Assembly (NCBI GenBank): GCA_964508365.1
Contig: CAZDTP010000033.1
Coordinates: 1-43,496 of the forward strand
Reading direction: 5' to 3'
DNA: 43,496 nt
DNA from: an uncultured archaeon
GTDB lineage: Archaea > Asgardarchaeota > Lokiarchaeia > Sigyniarchaeales > SOKP01
Shown here: positions 34,785 through 43,496 of the stretch, one piece after another
Layout of the letters: the number at the start of each line of letters is the position of its first letter
Position numbering within the stretch: the stretch's first letter is position 1
The notes under the pieces: generated by a model
What the model saw: the letters and a program-made list of their open reading frames with translations, nothing else
Told to the model about the DNA's origin: nothing
The model's database searches: none
Position numbers and translations under genes: made by a program

Positions 34785-36113
34785 TTAATACGCACTCCCC
34801 TTTTTCTTTGCTTCCACATACTTCGCTAAAACTTGGTTCATCATATCATCAGGTCCAACTGTTATGATATTTACTCCTAAATTTCTTATTTCTTGCTTTA
34901 ATGCAATAATATGCTCCATCATTTCTTCGCTGATAGCTTCTGCAAGAGCCTTATCTGTAGATGATAAATCAATTTCATGAATTTCAAACCATGGACTGAA
35001 TGGATTGATTAAAATAATTGTATGGTTGAAAGGTACTAATTTTTTGATTGCTTGTCCTATTTCTTTAACACTTGCTTCTAAATCCGATATTATGAAAAGT
35101 AAACTACGCTTTTGAAAGCGCTTGTTTAAAACGCCCATCGCTTCGACGAATCTCGACTTACCTTGTGGTTTTATTCTTGCAACAAAATCTAACACCTGAT
35201 AAAAATGATCTTCTCCACTCCCAGGTTTTAAAAATTTGAAATTTTCCCTATCTGAAAATGTAAAAACGCCTACATTATCTTTGCGAGACAATGCGACTTT
35301 AGTTAAAAGCATGCAGGCTCTAATCGCATACTCAAATTTTGTGTTTTCAATAGCACCACCTGCCATAGAATTAGACGAGTCTACCAAGATCATAACGGTA
35401 ACATCTCTGTCACTTTCAAATTCTTTAACAATTAATTTTTGAGTCCGAGCACTTGCTTTCCAGTCAATCAACCGAAATTGATCTCCAAATACGTATTTTC
35501 TCATTCCATAGAATTCAGATCCAAGTCCTTTTTGTTTAGATCGTTGTTGTCCGTAATTTAAGTTTAAAGAGCGTTTAGAACCTAAAATTTCAATTCTTTT
35601 AATATCCTCATAAGGTGGATAAACTAAGATATCAGATACACTATCCGGAACAACTCTTTCTACAGAGTTAAATCCTAACCTATCTTTGACGGTTAGAGAA
35701 AGAGGCCCCAAAGGATACTCGCCTCTTACTTTTGGTTCGAGAATATAGCTGAACTTTATTTTTTTCTTTGGACCAATTCTAGTTGAAATAAAATTTTCTC
35801 CTAATACTAACCTAAAGAGTTGAGGATTGTAGTAATCTCTAATTTCAAGAAAATCAAAACCACTTTTACCAGTGTTTTCAACGATTACTTTAACATGAAC
35901 AAAATCGTCTTTGAACACTTTCTCTTTTTCAAGTTCTCTATGAACTCTTAAATCTTCGATATTCATCTGGTAATAGAATAATGGTAAACTTATAACTGTG
36001 CTAAATATTAAAAGTATGGCGAAATAAATCAGAAAGTAGTTTTCAAACGCAAAACCTGCTGTTAGAAAAAAAACTGAAAATAATACTAAAGTTCTTCCCT
36101 TTCCTCCTAACAT
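34785..36113 (-). CDS. DUF58 / vWA-domain protein (MoxR partner)
   Basis: N-terminal TMs, PKVRGEY.LGP, EFYGMRKYVFGDQFRLIDWKASAR, VKEFE, ILVDSSNSM (MIDAS-like); SD GGAGG at 36120-36124. Confidence 0.86.
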   Translation of the reverse strand: MLGGKGRTLVLFSVFFLTAGFAFENYFLIYFAILLIFSTVISLPLFYYQMNIEDLRVHRELEKEKVFKDDFVHVKVIVENTGKSGFDFLEIRDYYNPQLFRLVLGENFISTRIGPKKKIKFSYILEPKVRGEYPLGPLSLTVKDRLGFNSVERVVPDSVSDILVYPPYEDIKRIEILGSKRSLNLNYGQQRSKQKGLGSEFYGMRKYVFGDQFRLIDWKASARTQKLIVKEFESDRDVTVMILVDSSNSMAGGAIENTKFEYAIRACMLLTKVALSRKDNVGVFTFSDRENFKFLKPGSGEDHFYQVLDFVARIKPQGKSRFVEAMGVLNKRFQKRSLLFIISDLEASVKEIGQAIKKLVPFNHTIILINPFSPWFEIHEIDLSSTDKALAEAISEEMMEHIIALKQEIRNLGVNIITVGPDDMMNQVLAKYVEAKKKGSAY

Positions 36114-36190
36114 CTTATTCCTCCATACCTAAATTACTTAGATCTTTTTTCCTTTAAATTTAACTCTATTTTTAATGCAAATAAAAAATT

Positions 36191-37171
36191 TTAAATAGGG
36201 ATTGGGATATCTTCGATAATGTTTTTGATTATTGTCTTTACATCTAAACCCTCTAATTCGGCTTCTGGCTTTAGTAGTATTCGATGGTTTAACGCTGGAA
36301 CAACTAACGCTCTCACATCATCAGGTGTAACATATATTCTCCCTAAGATAGCAGCTCTAGCTTTAGAACACTTCATTAAGACAAGGGATGCTCGTGGACC
36401 ACACCCAAGACCGATCTGAGGATGATTTCGAGTTTTTAATACAATGTCTCTAATATATTTCAATATCCTATCATCAATGTATACCATGTTCATTAATTTT
36501 TGAGCCGCGAGTAATTCTTCCCCATTGGTAATAGCCTCGACTGATGGAGAATCGCCTGATATCTGTCTTCTCATTATATCAACTTCCTCTTCTTTTTCTG
36601 GATACTCTAACCAGAGTTTCATGACAAATCGATCAAGTTGCGCTTCAGGCAAGGGGTAAGTTCCCTCCATTTCGACTGGGTTCTCTGTAGCAACAACCAT
36701 AAAAGGTTTTTCAAGAAGAAGAGTTTCTCCTTCAATAGTTATTTGTCTTTCTGCCATAGCTTCAAGGAGCGCAGATTGAGTTTTGGGAGCACTTCGATTG
36801 ATTTCGTCTGCTAATACAATATTTGCAAATAAGGGGCCCTTTTGGAGTACAAACGCTCCTTCGTTTTGATCAAATATTTTTGTTCCTGTAATATCTGATG
36901 GTAGTAAATCAGGAGTAAATTGAACTCTTCTAAAGGATATACCGAGCGTTTTTGCAAATGTCTTTGCCATAACGGTTTTCCCTAAACCAGGTACTCCTTC
37001 AAGGAGGACATGGCCATTAACAAGTAGTGCTATGAAAAGTTGCTGCAAAATATCGCCGTAACCTACAATAACTCGACTAACCTCTGATAGTACTTCTTGT
37101 GCTATATCTCTAATTGGTTCTACATTTAATTCTTCCCTATCGTAATACTTTGCTTTATTATGGGATTCCAT
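36191..37171 (-). CDS. moxR: MoxR-family AAA+ ATPase
   Basis: GHVLLEGVPGLGKT, RVQFTPDLLPSDITG, LADEINRSAPKTQSALLEAM.E.Q, ATENPVEMEGTYPLPEAQLDRF, GPRAS, LNHRILL. Confidence 0.94.
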   Translation of the reverse strand: MESHNKAKYYDREELNVEPIRDIAQEVLSEVSRVIVGYGDILQQLFIALLVNGHVLLEGVPGLGKTVMAKTFAKTLGISFRRVQFTPDLLPSDITGTKIFDQNEGAFVLQKGPLFANIVLADEINRSAPKTQSALLEAMAERQITIEGETLLLEKPFMVVATENPVEMEGTYPLPEAQLDRFVMKLWLEYPEKEEEVDIMRRQISGDSPSVEAITNGEELLAAQKLMNMVYIDDRILKYIRDIVLKTRNHPQIGLGCGPRASLVLMKCSKARAAILGRIYVTPDDVRALVVPALNHRILLKPEAELEGLDVKTIIKNIIEDIPIPI

Positions 37172-37259
37172 TTATTATCACTTCTCTCATTTTTTTTTTA
37201 TTTTGTATTTGATTTTTTCTTATTTTTTTTTTATTAAAATTGATTACTGTGATTTATTC

Positions 37260-38996
37260 TTATACATTATTTACAACCCACTCCATCTCGAAGTAAAGGT
37301 TTTCAAATTCATGTTCATTTTTCACTTTGCTTTTTCCCTCTTTAATAGCTATAATTGTATCTATAAATTTAGAGATCCTTTTGATTTTAATTTTGGATGT
37401 CTTTGGTTCTTTAGATATTACTAAATCTATTACATTTTTTGTTGTAATTTTTTGACCTCGTAAAAGAGCATTTAATTTTCTCTCTAATCTCCTATAAAGC
37501 AAAGTTAATGCTTTACCATATCTGCTTTTCTCTCGATACCATTCAATTTTTTCTGCGAAAAATGAAGAAGTTCTAAATTTTTCTCTTTCTTCTTTTTTAT
37601 CTTGTTCATCAACTTTCTTTTTAGCCGATTTTTCGTCTTTTTTAGGTAGATATTTTTTCAATGAATAAATTGCTAAAATTGGATAAATCCAAGCTGTAAT
37701 TGGATTAGTACTTAAATGAATAATATATTGTGTAATAAACCCAAAGATACCTGCTGATGTCATATCCCGAGAAAATTCAGGTCGAATGTGAGCTTCATCG
37801 AAAATAATAATCCAGTCCTCTTTAGGTTCACCATATGTTAACCAATTTACTATATTTAGTCCGAATTGAAGATTATCATAACCAGGTTCTGATATGAGTT
37901 CGTTATTAAACAAACTCGCATCAGCTGATACGAAAACCCTTGAGGTAATAGCATCCTTAGCCATAAAAACTCCTTGAGAATAACCACCTAAAGGCCATTT
38001 ATCTGGAAAACCAGGAAGCGCGCCACTTATTAAGCTTAAATCAATAAAATCGTCATCAAAATTGTACATATGATCATCGTTTTTATCAACATATCCATAT
38101 TCAGTACTTGATCCTACTAAATCCCATCCGAAATACGATAGGAAGGGACCACCTACTACTGCGGATGCTTCAGATAAAATAACATCACTAATCCCCACAG
38201 TAGTGGGATGAGCGGAAAACGATTTAATCACAGGAAAGTCTGGAGCAACATAATATGAACCGTTATCGCGTAATATTCCATTAGCAAAAATAGTGACTGG
38301 TATTGCTCCTTGAAGGTGAGGGTCTAAAGCACTTGCGATAAAAATCTCCCATAATAATGTACTCGTGCTCCCATGGTCATGGCATATAAATAATGAATTT
38401 CTTGTGGTATTATCGAAAAAATCCATGAAATATGGTATTTCAAATATTGGATTGTAAAACAGATTAGGACCTAGTAAGACTAATAGGATAGATTTATCTA
38501 ATCGCTCCGTAGCACTCAAGCTGGATTGAATCGTCATAACTTTATATCCTTCACCTTCAATTGCGGTCTTAAAATCAGATGCACCATTCCAATCCTCGTT
38601 ATAAACGGAAAAATTCTGATCATTTACTCCTTGATCAAAAATTGGGCCAAATAAAGGTATAAAGGAGACAAAAAAAATCACTAAAAAGAGCGCCTCTTTA
38701 TAGGCAGAACCTGTTTTTGATTTTTTACGAGATTGTATTTCTCTCGATTTTTGAACAGTAGTGTTTCGAATGAAAATTACCAAGGCAAATACTAAAAATA
38801 TTGCCCCGATATAACAAACAAGAGGAATATAATTCATAAATATTGGAAGAAATTCCCCCATATTATACTTGGGGTAATCCTCAATGAAACTGCTTATAAA
38901 AACCCCATAAATTATGAGAAAAACCGTGAAAAATCCTATGATTAAACCCTTTGAAAATGGGACATTTTTTCCGTTTGTTTTTCCAACATTTGACAT
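37260..38996 (-). CDS. Membrane protein with DUF4350-like extracellular domain and helical C-terminal domain
   Basis: FSVYNEDWNGASDF..AIE, RVFVSADASLFNNELI, NL.F.LN.VNWL, IIFDEAH; MoxR-operon context. Confidence 0.58.
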   Translation of the reverse strand: MSNVGKTNGKNVPFSKGLIIGFFTVFLIIYGVFISSFIEDYPKYNMGEFLPIFMNYIPLVCYIGAIFLVFALVIFIRNTTVQKSREIQSRKKSKTGSAYKEALFLVIFFVSFIPLFGPIFDQGVNDQNFSVYNEDWNGASDFKTAIEGEGYKVMTIQSSLSATERLDKSILLVLLGPNLFYNPIFEIPYFMDFFDNTTRNSLFICHDHGSTSTLLWEIFIASALDPHLQGAIPVTIFANGILRDNGSYYVAPDFPVIKSFSAHPTTVGISDVILSEASAVVGGPFLSYFGWDLVGSSTEYGYVDKNDDHMYNFDDDFIDLSLISGALPGFPDKWPLGGYSQGVFMAKDAITSRVFVSADASLFNNELISEPGYDNLQFGLNIVNWLTYGEPKEDWIIIFDEAHIRPEFSRDMTSAGIFGFITQYIIHLSTNPITAWIYPILAIYSLKKYLPKKDEKSAKKKVDEQDKKEEREKFRTSSFFAEKIEWYREKSRYGKALTLLYRRLERKLNALLRGQKITTKNVIDLVISKEPKTSKIKIKRISKFIDTIIAIKEGKSKVKNEHEFENLYFEMEWVVNNV

Positions 38997-39049
38997 TTTT
39001 TTTAATACTGAAGCTCGATTTTTAGTGTTATTAGATTAGTGTTATCTTA

Positions 39050-39430
39050 CTAAAAGCTTACTGATGGTAACGCATTTCCTGTTATATCATTGTATAAATT
39101 TGAGAATAACTGAACTGTAAAGTTTAATTCCTTTCCTGTTGGTTCAATTCCTCCATAGATGATATCCTCGATCTTCTTGATGAAAGGATAGATAGACTCT
39201 GGTTTTTGGCCTAACTCATTAACGCATGTTATAGCGTATTCCCGTATAGTTTGGTAAGCTAGTCTTGGTTTCTTGAACTTTTTCGTTATTATATCATTGT
39301 AAATAAGATAAATATACGCTATTGCCTCTTTAGCCCTATTCGAGCCTACTAGTACTTTTACATTTTCTAATTTTTGGCTAACATCGATTTCAGTTTCTTG
39401 TTCTTTTTTTGATTTTTTCTTTTTTGCCAT
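39050..39430 (-). CDS. Small soluble DUF4129-like protein, paralogue of the C-terminal domain of 39540..41126
   Basis: EAIAYIY.IY...QTIREYA...IYPFIKKIEDIIYG aligns by eye with ESLSYLF.AIY...ETIRDFA...IYPFIQKVEEIIYA. Confidence 0.55.
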   Translation of the reverse strand: MAKKKKSKKEQETEIDVSQKLENVKVLVGSNRAKEAIAYIYLIYNDIITKKFKKPRLAYQTIREYAITCVNELGQKPESIYPFIKKIEDIIYGGIEPTGKELNFTVQLFSNLYNDITGNALPSVSF

Positions 39431-39539
39431 TTTCTTTACCTATTTCCTTTTTTTATATCGTTTTAATTATAATTTCTTTTGACCTTAAAATTTTTTCTAC
39501 AAATTTCTCAATATTCTTTTTTTTGATTTTTCTAACCTC

Positions 39540-41126
39540 TTAAAACTTTAACACAAAATTATAACCTGTTAATTCAAAATAAATGGGAGAAAATAAATCA
39601 ATCGTACTGTAAAACTCTTTGTCCGTAATTTGAAACGGTTTTGCATAAATAATTTCCTCTACTTTTTGTATAAATGGATAGATTCTAGCAGGTGTTAAGC
39701 TTAATTCTTTGACAGATATAATAGCAAAATCTCTGATTGTCTCGTTAATGTTTCGAGTTCTTCCATACTTTGCATTAATCAAATCCATGTAAATTGCGTT
39801 GAAAAGGTAAGATAACGATTCTTCTAACCTTCCCGTTTCTTTTAAAATTTTAAGATTAATTATTTTGTTCTCAAGAGGTAAATTAACTACTTTCGAAAGT
39901 TTATCTTGTTTTTTATAATAACGATAACCAAAAAATGCTAACACTCCAACAACAACTCCTAAAATTGGTAGAAAAATGGTAAAAAACATTAAGAAAGGGG
40001 GGATTTGAGGTCCATTACCTATTGGAGTTGATTGGGGGGCTTGAACTGTTATATAATATTGAGTAACTAGATTTTTAGCTAGATTGTTCTGTAATCGAAT
40101 GGTGATAAAAGTCAACCCTGTACTGCTATTAAGTGAATGTGAGACGGAAAACTCTCCGTTTGAACCAGTTTGAACATTGCTTCTTATTAGAGTCCGATTA
40201 TAATAAATATCAATTAATCTATCATTAATAGGTACTGATGGATTAGTCTTCGAAACAACTTGTCCAGCAATAGTTAAACTGGTCGATGCTATTATCGTTG
40301 AAGGGAGGTTCCAAATGCATGTAATATTCGAGAACACCTTTGTTTCTGTAAATAATGTTTCAGAATATCCAATTTCGGGAAGAGATTGAAATGTGAGTTT
40401 TAAATCTAAATCTGCTGTTCCAATATCTGGAATAGGAATAGGTTGAATTAAACCTGTAATATCAGTTGAAACGATGTTGCTGTCAACGATAACAGCTCCA
40501 TCATACCAAAAATAATCGATTGATGAAGACGGGATTCCTGAACCATCTAATAATCTTAAATAATCGTCAGCATCAAAATCAAAGAATTCACCGATTAATT
40601 TAGCGTCAGATGGAGCGTTTACATCAAAATAAGAAGTAGTATTTACAAAAAAAGTGTAATAAGTTCGATATTCTACACTATCGGGTGGAGAAATTACAAT
40701 GGCTTCAATTTTATGAGAAGAATATATATCAAGAGAAGGATCAATGGTGTAATCAATTTGGAAATCTCCATTCGAATCAGTAACACCGTTGATACTTGAG
40801 TATACGATATCGTCAATTTCAATTGCTATGGTATATCCTAATTTACCTGTATCGAAAATTCTATTAAAAAGTCTTCCCTGAACATATATTACTCTATTAT
40901 GAGTAAAGCGAGAGTTGTTAATATCAATTGGATTCGTTAAGTCTAAAGTCGCCCAGATGCCAGAATTTTTAATTCTGTTGTCTTGAACGCTGTATATAGA
41001 AAAATCTAGCAGATTAAAATTTAAAAGAGCCTGGAAAATGATGAAAATCGAAATCGCAAAAAGAATTATTCTATTTTTTTTTTGGTTAGTTTTATGCGAT
41101 TTATATTTTTTTGTCAATATCATCAC
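39540..41126 (-). CDS. Membrane-anchored protein: Ig-like beta-rich extracellular region, TM helix, cytoplasmic DUF4129-like domain
   Basis: N-terminal TM, repeated TDSNGDF/TDITGL/TGSNGEF segments, TM IFLPILGVVVGVLAFFGY, helical tail. Start may be GTG 41126 or ATG 41123. Confidence 0.58.
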   Translation of the reverse strand: MMILTKKYKSHKTNQKKNRIILFAISIFIIFQALLNFNLLDFSIYSVQDNRIKNSGIWATLDLTNPIDINNSRFTHNRVIYVQGRLFNRIFDTGKLGYTIAIEIDDIVYSSINGVTDSNGDFQIDYTIDPSLDIYSSHKIEAIVISPPDSVEYRTYYTFFVNTTSYFDVNAPSDAKLIGEFFDFDADDYLRLLDGSGIPSSSIDYFWYDGAVIVDSNIVSTDITGLIQPIPIPDIGTADLDLKLTFQSLPEIGYSETLFTETKVFSNITCIWNLPSTIIASTSLTIAGQVVSKTNPSVPINDRLIDIYYNRTLIRSNVQTGSNGEFSVSHSLNSSTGLTFITIRLQNNLAKNLVTQYYITVQAPQSTPIGNGPQIPPFLMFFTIFLPILGVVVGVLAFFGYRYYKKQDKLSKVVNLPLENKIINLKILKETGRLEESLSYLFNAIYMDLINAKYGRTRNINETIRDFAIISVKELSLTPARIYPFIQKVEEIIYAKPFQITDKEFYSTIDLFSPIYFELTGYNFVLKF

Positions 41127-41145
41127 TCAAATCATTTTTTACTTA

Positions 41146-43496
41146 TTATGGAGCTCTAAATAATTCTACCTCATAAAATTCTACATAATAATAATCGGGA
41201 GAGCTAAAACTATCATCGGGGTAAAAAGTCACCCATATCTCAGCATCAAGGGGCCAACCACTTCCAATAATTATCGTAATGTTAAAGAATCCGGAACCAT
41301 CGGTGAACCCTGTTGCTGTTCCTAAGATATTTCCAATGCTATCTTGAACTGTCACATTTACTTCCATAAAAGCCATTGCTGTTCCGTTGTCCCAGTTCAA
41401 GAAACCATAGACATATAAGTCATCACCTTCATAAAAATCGTCTTTAACTACTCTCGTATCGTATTCTCCACTTATAACCGTGCCAGCTGTAATATTAATC
41501 GAGAGAATCATGCTCATTGATGTATTCATATAACTCGTTAAAGATATTCCAGATTCACTTATACTTCCAGTAAAATAAATTAAAATATAGTATTTTCCTT
41601 GTGGACAGTTTAGGACTACGGAATTGCTGTCGTATAAGTAAGCCCCAACGGAGACCGTCCTGAATTGAGGGCCGTTCAGATTTAAATAACTCGAGGAATC
41701 TTGATACGATGCGTTGATTAGAATTAAACCTATAACTAAACCATCTAAATTTGTGCCATTATGTTGAAGAATTCCGTCCACATTAAATTGATGGAAATCC
41801 CTCTGAACCACATTTCGATCTACATTTATTGAAATAGGTATTGTTTCATTGATAACTATGTATGTTGTGTTGAATGTGCTATAACTCTCATAATTTACTC
41901 TAAACCTAATCAAACCAGCATGTAAAGTATTTGTTGAAATATTGAACTGTATAAATCCTGACTCATCATCAAAAACCCATGAAGTGATGAGAACATCAGT
42001 AAAATCATCGTAGAGGTATACAGTATTTCCTGTTTTTAGTAACGCATGAATGATTTGAACTTGAATATGAGCAGTCTCCCCAAATTTGAATGTTTCAGGA
42101 GGATTTGCATTGTCATAAAATAATTGAGTTGGGTTTCCTTCTACTGAGAGCATTATGTTCAAATTCTCTGGATCTATGACGCTAAGTTCAAAAAATCCAT
42201 AAGCAGCATCAGAAAAATTAGAAAATGAGGTTAAGTAAAAATTATGTTCATTGTATTGATTATTTGGCCAAGAATATAAGAAAGTTCCATTAAACCAAAT
42301 TTGAAGGGTATAATTTTTATCAGGAGTACTACTGGAAACATTAAACATGAGATTGAATTCACCAGTATCATCTAATTGAAAAGACCCTCCAACCAATATT
42401 AAATAATATGACACATCAGTTAATGTCTCATCAAATAAATGGACTTCAATTTCTCCAAATTTAATCGGAGAACCATTTAAGGAATCATTAATATATCCAT
42501 GAATGTTAAAGGTTCCTACACCAACTCCGCCTCTTGATATTTCTCGAGGTTCGGGACCGCTCTCAAGATCAACAATTATAGGAGTATCATATATGAAATA
42601 TGAATAATTATAATTTGATCCCCACTTCGCATAAATTAAATGTGGTCCAGCTACAGTGGAAAATCCAGTTGAATATACTACTTGGGTAAATCCATTAATC
42701 GTTTGAGCTGACCCTATCGCTATATTTTGAGTTACATCATAAAAATCTATCCATTCTCCATCTCCAATCGGAACAGATCCCCATTTAATATAAACGGATA
42801 AATTAACTTCTCCATTTTGGATGATTACGGGTTGATTATAATTATCATGTGTGGTACCATTTATCCAAAAATTAAATAATAATGTTGCAGGGGTTTCTAT
42901 TTTCAACTCGTTTGTAAAAACTGTAGAAGTGTTAATATATGGAAGGTTAAAAGATGCGTTGTATCTAGGATGCCCTTGTCTATTAATCGTACCGTTGAAA
43001 TCCAACCTTAAGGTGTAATTTCCCGTCGGTGTATTAGATGCAACTTCAAGATTTAAATTAAAATATCCGTTAAAATCTGTCCATATTATATCGAATGGTA
43101 TTAAATATGGGGAATAATCCGTTCCACCTTTAAGTAATTTTAAATTTAATCGTGAAAACCTAATAGGGTTGTTGTTAATACTGTCTAAAATTTCTCCTTC
43201 AATATTAAATATTGTATTACTAGCTCCTGCACCAGTACGATTAATTTCTCGGGGTGTTGGGCCAGATATAATGTTAATTGTTGGTTCTTCATTTAATATA
43301 AAATAAGTATAGTTTTCTTTAATGCCAAGCTTACTATACAATAAATTAGGTCCTACTGTGGCGAAATTGCCTATAGTGTAATTAAGAGTTGCTATCCCAT
43401 TAGAATTTGTTATATTTGAGCCGATGTAAAAACCTCTTGTGTAATCGTAGAAATCTACATTTTTATTTATTATGGGATGGTTGGTTTCATTTACTA
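41146..43496 (-). CDS. Large extracellular/surface protein with tandem Ig-like repeats, 5'-partial
   Basis: The frame stays open beyond the track's TTG at 43341 to the window end (VNETNHPIINKNVDFYDYTRGFYIGSNITNSNGIATLNYTIGNFATVGPNLLYSKLG); aromatic and Asn-rich, many N-x-S/T sequons. Confidence 0.68.
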   Translation of the reverse strand, partial: VNETNHPIINKNVDFYDYTRGFYIGSNITNSNGIATLNYTIGNFATVGPNLLYSKLGIKENYTYFILNEEPTINIISGPTPREINRTGAGASNTIFNIEGEILDSINNNPIRFSRLNLKLLKGGTDYSPYLIPFDIIWTDFNGYFNLNLEVASNTPTGNYTLRLDFNGTINRQGHPRYNASFNLPYINTSTVFTNELKIETPATLLFNFWINGTTHDNYNQPVIIQNGEVNLSVYIKWGSVPIGDGEWIDFYDVTQNIAIGSAQTINGFTQVVYSTGFSTVAGPHLIYAKWGSNYNYSYFIYDTPIIVDLESGPEPREISRGGVGVGTFNIHGYINDSLNGSPIKFGEIEVHLFDETLTDVSYYLILVGGSFQLDDTGEFNLMFNVSSSTPDKNYTLQIWFNGTFLYSWPNNQYNEHNFYLTSFSNFSDAAYGFFELSVIDPENLNIMLSVEGNPTQLFYDNANPPETFKFGETAHIQVQIIHALLKTGNTVYLYDDFTDVLITSWVFDDESGFIQFNISTNTLHAGLIRFRVNYESYSTFNTTYIVINETIPISINVDRNVVQRDFHQFNVDGILQHNGTNLDGLVIGLILINASYQDSSSYLNLNGPQFRTVSVGAYLYDSNSVVLNCPQGKYYILIYFTGSISESGISLTSYMNTSMSMILSINITAGTVISGEYDTRVVKDDFYEGDDLYVYGFLNWDNGTAMAFMEVNVTVQDSIGNILGTATGFTDGSGFFNITIIIGSGWPLDAEIWVTFYPDDSFSSPDYYYVEFYEVELFRAP
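41521..43496 (-). repeat. Protein-level tandem repeat of ~235-246 aa (two alternating beta-domains); boundaries approximate
   Basis: Equivalent starts NYTYFIL (43314), NYSYFIY (42609), NTTYIVI (41871), spaced 705 and 738 nt; GP.PREI.R and NYTL...FNGT recur in the first two units. Confidence 0.6.

Noticed and set aside
5076-37424. Short ORF-track entries lying antisense to, or in an alternative frame of, real genes (e.g. 5076, 5619, 7441, 9430, 10200, 11361, 11779, 12610, 14102, 15622, 17691, 22095, 22779, 23265, 23299, 24713, 25797, 26302, 27138, 30700, 30953, 33580, 35236, 36219, 37203)
   Set aside because: Shadow ORFs overlapping well-supported CDSs, with no motifs of their own.
1-43496. 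CRISPR array, IS/transposase, integrase, provirus or rRNA
   Set aside because: No regularly spaced DNA repeats, terminal inverted repeats, recombinase motifs or rRNA-like sequence were found by eye; the tRNA shows no adjacent att-like duplication.

Overview
AT-rich archaeal chromosomal segment with no CRISPR array, IS element, integrase or rRNA seen. The eukaryote-signature-type genes (ribophorin-I-like, Roadblock/LC7, gelsolin-domain, two TRAPP/V4R-like, probable longin-like) point to an Asgard archaeon, most likely Lokiarchaeia (inference, no database search run). In order: partial peptide ABC substrate-binding protein; a translocation/N-glycosylation neighbourhood (UbiA-type transferase, extended HtpX, AglH/GPT, tRNA-Gln with a 59/60 intron, Trm112, ribophorin I head-to-head with Sec61beta, MazG, acetyltransferase, DUF354, GT4); map, roadblock, Ntn acylase, 7TM protein, V4R/TRAPP pair, MBL hydrolase, gelsolin, thioredoxin, hdrC, bacterial-type tpiA; leuS; a LipS2-LplA-LipS1 lipoate cluster; cofE-nitroreductase fusion and cofD; and a MoxR/DUF58/DUF4350/DUF4129 operon with large repeat-containing surface proteins. 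Top finding: leuS is interrupted inside the conserved GYD|[10 protein letters not shown] motif by a 29-nt, stop-containing, frame-breaking insert (27701-27729). It folds into a canonical bulge-helix-bulge whose two predicted endonuclease cuts fall exactly on the boundaries that restore a 928-aa LeuRS. This is a candidate tRNA-type (EndA/RtcB-spliced) intron in a protein-coding mRNA.
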